A stretch of DNA of 64,000 nucleotides from the IMG/VR virus record IMGVR_UViG_3300033048_000096. One strand, 5' to 3'. The stretch's first letter is position 1. Each line of letters starts with the position of its first letter. This DNA is from a virus. Shown piece by piece: positions 60,626 to 64,000 of this stretch. Below the pieces are notes generated by a model, which ran no database searches, was not told where the DNA came from, and saw only the letters and a program-made list of their open reading frames with translations. The translations under genes were made by a program, and so were the position numbers.

Positions 60626-61216
60626 TTATTCGTTGCGCTTTTTGAACATTTTACGATGAGTGTTGCAATAAGGGCTTTTTTTAGGAGCCTGCTTCTTACA
60701 GGGCTCATCATTAGGCTTAATGTAGGCGCAGTGCTTAAATTTAAATCCATTTTTCTCCGTATAAGAACTCTCCTTAATGGGCTTGGGAACTGCATCTAAC
60801 TCAACCTCTTCCACCTCTTCGACCCCTTCCACCTCTTCCACCTCTTCGACCTCTTCCACCTCTTCGACCTCTTCCACCTCTTCGAACATTAAAAAACTTG
60901 ACTCATCTCCTGACTTAATATCCTCCTCAAACATTAAAAAACTTGACTCATCTCCTAACTTAATATCCTCCGAAATCGCAGAATTCTCGGCCTTTATTTT
61001 CGCAGATAATATTCGCTCAGTTTGTATTCTCGCAGCTTCCATTTCTGACAAATCCTCTTCAAAATCATAAAAGGACTCAAACTCACTAATCTCATACTCA
61101 GATACATTGTCGACATTTCCAGTGCTGCGCCTACCGCGGTTCCCTGACAAAGGCTTATTTCTTAATGGAGTGGCTTTTATAAACTTTAATTTTTTCCTAA
61201 GCTCATCTCTCGTCAC
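60626..61216 (-). CDS. Acidic repeat protein with a C-terminal C3H zinc finger
   Basis: EEV tandem repeats; C-terminal CAYIKPNDEPCKKQAPKKSPYCNTH. Confidence 0.6.
   Translation of the reverse strand: MTRDELRKKLKFIKATPLRNKPLSGNRGRRSTGNVDNVSEYEISEFESFYDFEEDLSEMEAARIQTERILSAKIKAENSAISEDIKLGDESSFLMFEEDIKSGDESSFLMFEEVEEVEEVEEVEEVEEVEGVEEVEEVELDAVPKPIKESSYTEKNGFKFKHCAYIKPNDEPCKKQAPKKSPYCNTHRKMFKKRNE
60800..60970. repeat. In-frame coding repeats: 9-bp tandem (EEV)n plus a 45-bp duplication (DIKxGDESSFLMFEE x2)
   Basis: ACCTCTTCC/ACCTCTTCG units at ~60800-60884; AACATTAAAAAACTTGACTCATCTCCT starts at 60885 and 60930. Confidence 0.9.
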
Positions 61217-61403
61217 AACTATCCTCCTTAATAATTCTCTTTATATCTTTAATTAAAATCTTTACCCAAACATCCCTGCCGAAATTTAATATATTTAAAT
61301 AATCCGAAGGTGTAATGTACTTATTACAAGATATGTAACTCAGGCTTCTCTTGTTATAAATGTTCGCAGCCTTAATAAGCCTCTTTTCTAAATCATCTGT
61401 CAT
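61203..61403 (-). CDS. Small hypothetical protein (KRII.E family)
   Basis: 66 aa with SD GAGGAG. Confidence 0.55.
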   Translation of the reverse strand: MTDDLEKRLIKAANIYNKRSLSYISCNKYITPSDYLNILNFGRDVWVKILIKDIKRIIKEDSCDER

Positions 61404-61556
61404 TTACAATGCTCCTCATCGATAATCCTCTTTACATATTCCGGCCAGGTCTCTATTTCAAAGTCCATTGCGATAAAATTCTGAGGGCTAATTTTATATA
61501 TTTTATTATACTTCGCCTGACACTCCTAAAAAATCAGACTCGTTAGCTTTAATCAT
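61400..61556 (-). pseudogene. Probable frameshifted small gene, paralog of 61203..61403
   Basis: ATG 61556 and TGA 61400-61402 both form ATGA overlaps with neighbours but are one base out of frame. The 3' frame encodes ECQAKYNKIYKISPQNFIAMDFEIETWPEYVKRIIDEEHCK. Confidence 0.45.
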
Positions 61557-62239
61557 ATACTTAACCATGGATTATTATCATAAATAACTGCGACTTTCTT
61601 AGGTAATGACATTCTAACATAACTATAATTAACGCGGTTCCACTTACCCTCTGAATGTAGATATATTAATCCCAAATCGTCAATCTTGATATTATGTCTT
61701 GGGGATAAAACTTCGCCAAACATAAAACCCGAGGTCCAACCATCACACAGAAGATCTACCGTAATCGTTCTCCTAACACAACCCCTCTCTTGCTCTGAGA
61801 TGATGCCACAGGGCTTGCAGCCTCCCTTCTTAGGCCCAGGTTTGCCGCAGGTGCCGCAAGCCTCAGGCGGCTCCTCAACGCTATTGGCAAACTTCGCACT
61901 TAACCTCTTAAACTCAGCACGCTCAGCTGCCTCAATCTCAGCCTCTTCAACCTCTTTAGCCTCTTTATACTTTATCGCTAATAAATCCAAAGGTACCGAA
62001 TACTCCGCGGGACCTAATTCGTAAATGTCAAGAGAGGTGTATCTAAAATGATCGTCACATAACCTTAGAGGATTTACAAAATCAGTCGAGCTATCTTTAT
62101 TGTTAGATAAAAGACTTTCCTCAATATTTAACCTCATCTTATCAATTGATTCTGCACGATCAAACCAATAATTAATCCCGCAACCAACCGTGTTATCACA
62201 ACTAGACTCCTGTCTAGCAACTATTAAAAATCTCTTCAC
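61553..62239 (-). CDS. Hypothetical protein with CxxC motifs
   Basis: Probable GTG start at 62239 overlapping the upstream stop; CDNTVGCG and CGTC..CKPC. Confidence 0.55.
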   Translation of the reverse strand: MKRFLIVARQESSCDNTVGCGINYWFDRAESIDKMRLNIEESLLSNNKDSSTDFVNPLRLCDDHFRYTSLDIYELGPAEYSVPLDLLAIKYKEAKEVEEAEIEAAERAEFKRLSAKFANSVEEPPEACGTCGKPGPKKGGCKPCGIISEQERGCVRRTITVDLLCDGWTSGFMFGEVLSPRHNIKIDDLGLIYLHSEGKWNRVNYSYVRMSLPKKVAVIYDNNPWLSI

Positions 62240-62481
62240 TCTGAACCATCCCTTATTATATCTTTTATTTCTCTTATTGTATCTTTTAGCTTTTCTTCTT
62301 TGGATTTTGCCATCTTCAGAGTAAACATACTTACAGGAGCTATCTCGTGAATCATCCAACCTGCAGTAGGTGTCTTAATAGGCTCAGAAGGTACGCTCTT
62401 AGATAGTTTTCTGACAGGACCGCTCCCGTGTCTTTTAATCTCCGCTTCCGATGGTATTATGATTTTATTTCCCATAAACAA
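62236..62481 (-). CDS. Small hypothetical protein
   Basis: 81 aa, first gene of the leftward unit at the divergent intergenic region. Confidence 0.5.
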   Translation of the reverse strand: MFMGNKIIIPSEAEIKRHGSGPVRKLSKSVPSEPIKTPTAGWMIHEIAPVSMFTLKMAKSKEEKLKDTIREIKDIIRDGSE

Positions 62482-62574
62482 ACCCCCACATATATCTTAC
62501 CCATAATACATTAACGTAACAATAAAATGTTAATTACATTCTAATAATTAAATCACACTAAAATGAGGGCGATA

Positions 62575-63669
62575 ATGAAAGAACAACTAGACACGCTGCG
62601 AAAATGGCTGAAACAAAATAACTTCCGAAAAGAAGCAAATATCGTACGTAAACTAATTAACAAAAAATCTATGCTCATTAACGGCGAACCAAATGACTCA
62701 GGAATAATCGCATACAAAGAAAATATATGGCGGCTCTCAGAATATGAAGAAATAGACGAAAATATTAGAAAAGAAATAAATGAAAAACTTGGCACAAAAG
62801 AATGGCTCGACTTCAATGACCTACGCGAAGAACTAGACGAATTAGAAAGATTCGACGTTCTAATTGGCACACTCGATGACGGAGACCTCTACATATATAA
62901 TACTACTCTAACCATGGACCCCAAATCCTCTGTCCTAGTTAAAAAAGTTACCAAAGAATTAAAACTAAATAATGTATACTTATATGCAGAAGAAATAGGC
63001 GACGAAGAAAGAATACCAAGATATATCATGAAAGGAAAAACTATAGATGTCGCTTATCATGGAACCTCTACCAAATATCTTCAAAGCATACTCAAATTCG
63101 GGATCGCTCCAAATAAAGAAAAATCAAACTATAAAGATATAGAACACCCAGATGCTATATTCTTCTCATCAAGATTCCTCGAAGCTAAAAATCATGCAAC
63201 ACATACCGCTACCAAGAACGGTGGCGATCCAATGATTCTCGAATTTAAAATACCAAACAAAAATCTCCTAATACCAGACTATGACGTCGATATTAAATCA
63301 GGAGAATCAGGCATCTATGACTATATCCCAAGCAGGGTCAGAGAAGATAACGCCAGTAACTCCGAAATGAAAGGATCAAGCAACTCCTTGTCTAGAGAAT
63401 TCGGAATCTATGGCTATAAAGGAAGAATTCCAAGCTCATTCATTGACTTCTATTATATACTCATGAACTCAGACGAAAACTACGAAGAAGACACCTCATA
63501 CAAATCAAAAGAACATTACACTAAAGCAACTAAAGAAGAAGCCGCTGTATATGCCAGAACCAAAGAAGAATTTGGATTCGGAATGATCGAATATGATGAA
63601 GAAGACTACGAAGAAGAAGATGATGAAGAATACGAAGAATACGAAGAAGATAACCAGCTGAACTCGTAA
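62575..63669 (+). CDS. ADP-ribosyltransferase-fold protein with an acidic tail
   Basis: AYHGTS...SILKFGI.P...IFFSS...A..HA...ILEFKIP...YKGRIP is the ART/Tpt1-like pattern; probable start ATG 62575 with SD GAGGG. Confidence 0.7.
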   Translation: MKEQLDTLRKWLKQNNFRKEANIVRKLINKKSMLINGEPNDSGIIAYKENIWRLSEYEEIDENIRKEINEKLGTKEWLDFNDLREELDELERFDVLIGTLDDGDLYIYNTTLTMDPKSSVLVKKVTKELKLNNVYLYAEEIGDEERIPRYIMKGKTIDVAYHGTSTKYLQSILKFGIAPNKEKSNYKDIEHPDAIFFSSRFLEAKNHATHTATKNGGDPMILEFKIPNKNLLIPDYDVDIKSGESGIYDYIPSRVREDNASNSEMKGSSNSLSREFGIYGYKGRIPSSFIDFYYILMNSDENYEEDTSYKSKEHYTKATKEEAAVYARTKEEFGFGMIEYDEEDYEEEDDEEYEEYEEDNQLNS

Positions 63670-63712
63670 ACATAATTAAACTGTCTATGCAAAATCCTGA
63701 CAAAAGAACTCT

Positions 63713-63970
63713 CTACTCCTTACAACTCGAATCATACTTGACTCGCTCATTCTCCTCTCTTATTATTCGCTTTATATACTTATCCGCAGACTCTAATTCC
63801 GGGTAATAAAGAGCCACATAGTCTAATATATTCTTCTTCATAATTCCCTGCATACCGCCGCGACAACTATATGCACTTAATAAGTTGCTTAACTTATTCT
63901 TAACCAACTTATTCTCAACCAACTTATTCTTAACCAACTTGCTTACCTCACTCACTAATACCTCCATCAT
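63713..63970 (-). CDS. Small hypothetical protein (KRII.E family)
   Basis: 85 aa; contains YIKRIIREE near the C-terminus. Confidence 0.5.
   Translation of the reverse strand: MMEVLVSEVSKLVKNKLVENKLVKNKLSNLLSAYSCRGGMQGIMKKNILDYVALYYPELESADKYIKRIIREENERVKYDSSCKE
63891..63940. repeat. 15-bp tandem repeat x3 (encodes KLVKN/KLVEN)
   Basis: AACTTATTCTTAACC AACTTATTCTCAACC AACTTATTCTTAACC AACTT. Confidence 0.85.
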
Positions 63971-64000
63971 TACTCATCTTTTTAACCATCTTCTTTATGT

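Noticed and set aside
496-62870. Numerous short plus-strand ORFs (and 62553..62870 on minus) in the ORF track
   Set aside because: They are antisense shadows of long genes, S/I/L-rich, without recognisable motifs.
1-64000. Stop-codon reassignment
   Set aside because: Very long ORFs are intact in the standard code, and TAG (29361) and TGA (55681) terminate genes at tight junctions.

Overview
This window is the virion-morphogenesis region of a large, AT-rich tailed phage with a contractile tail (probably a jumbo myovirus), read in the standard genetic code. Nearly all genes are on the minus strand. Reading right to left in transcription order: small accessory genes, a head-tail adaptor, an inserted 7x zinc-ribbon/PD-(D/E)XK endonuclease cassette, a zincin, a head-closure/neck protein, a holin/spanin-like cassette, two paralogous fibre proteins, a tail terminator, an enlarged sheath, the tube, a degenerate HNH protein, the tail assembly chaperone with a clear -1 programmed frameshift signal, a short tape measure, tube initiator, hub, spike, two unknown large proteins, gp25-like, J-like and giant gpI/LamG wedge proteins, a dockerin-bearing baseplate protein, and a truncated GT4 glycosyltransferase. 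The only substantial plus-strand gene is an ADP-ribosyltransferase-fold protein. The most unusual signals are: (i) the endonuclease cassette, which has a duplicated terminator, an upstream degenerate repeat array, a leaderless promoter and an apparently recoded neighbouring gene; (ii) recurrent 100-200 bp GC3-rich, A/T-tract-poor patches inside structural genes; (iii) a candidate late promoter motif CTAHTWAW; (iv) LamG domains split by very large insertions, a dockerin, and DGY motifs in baseplate proteins. All protein assignments come from motif recognition and gene order; no database searches were run.
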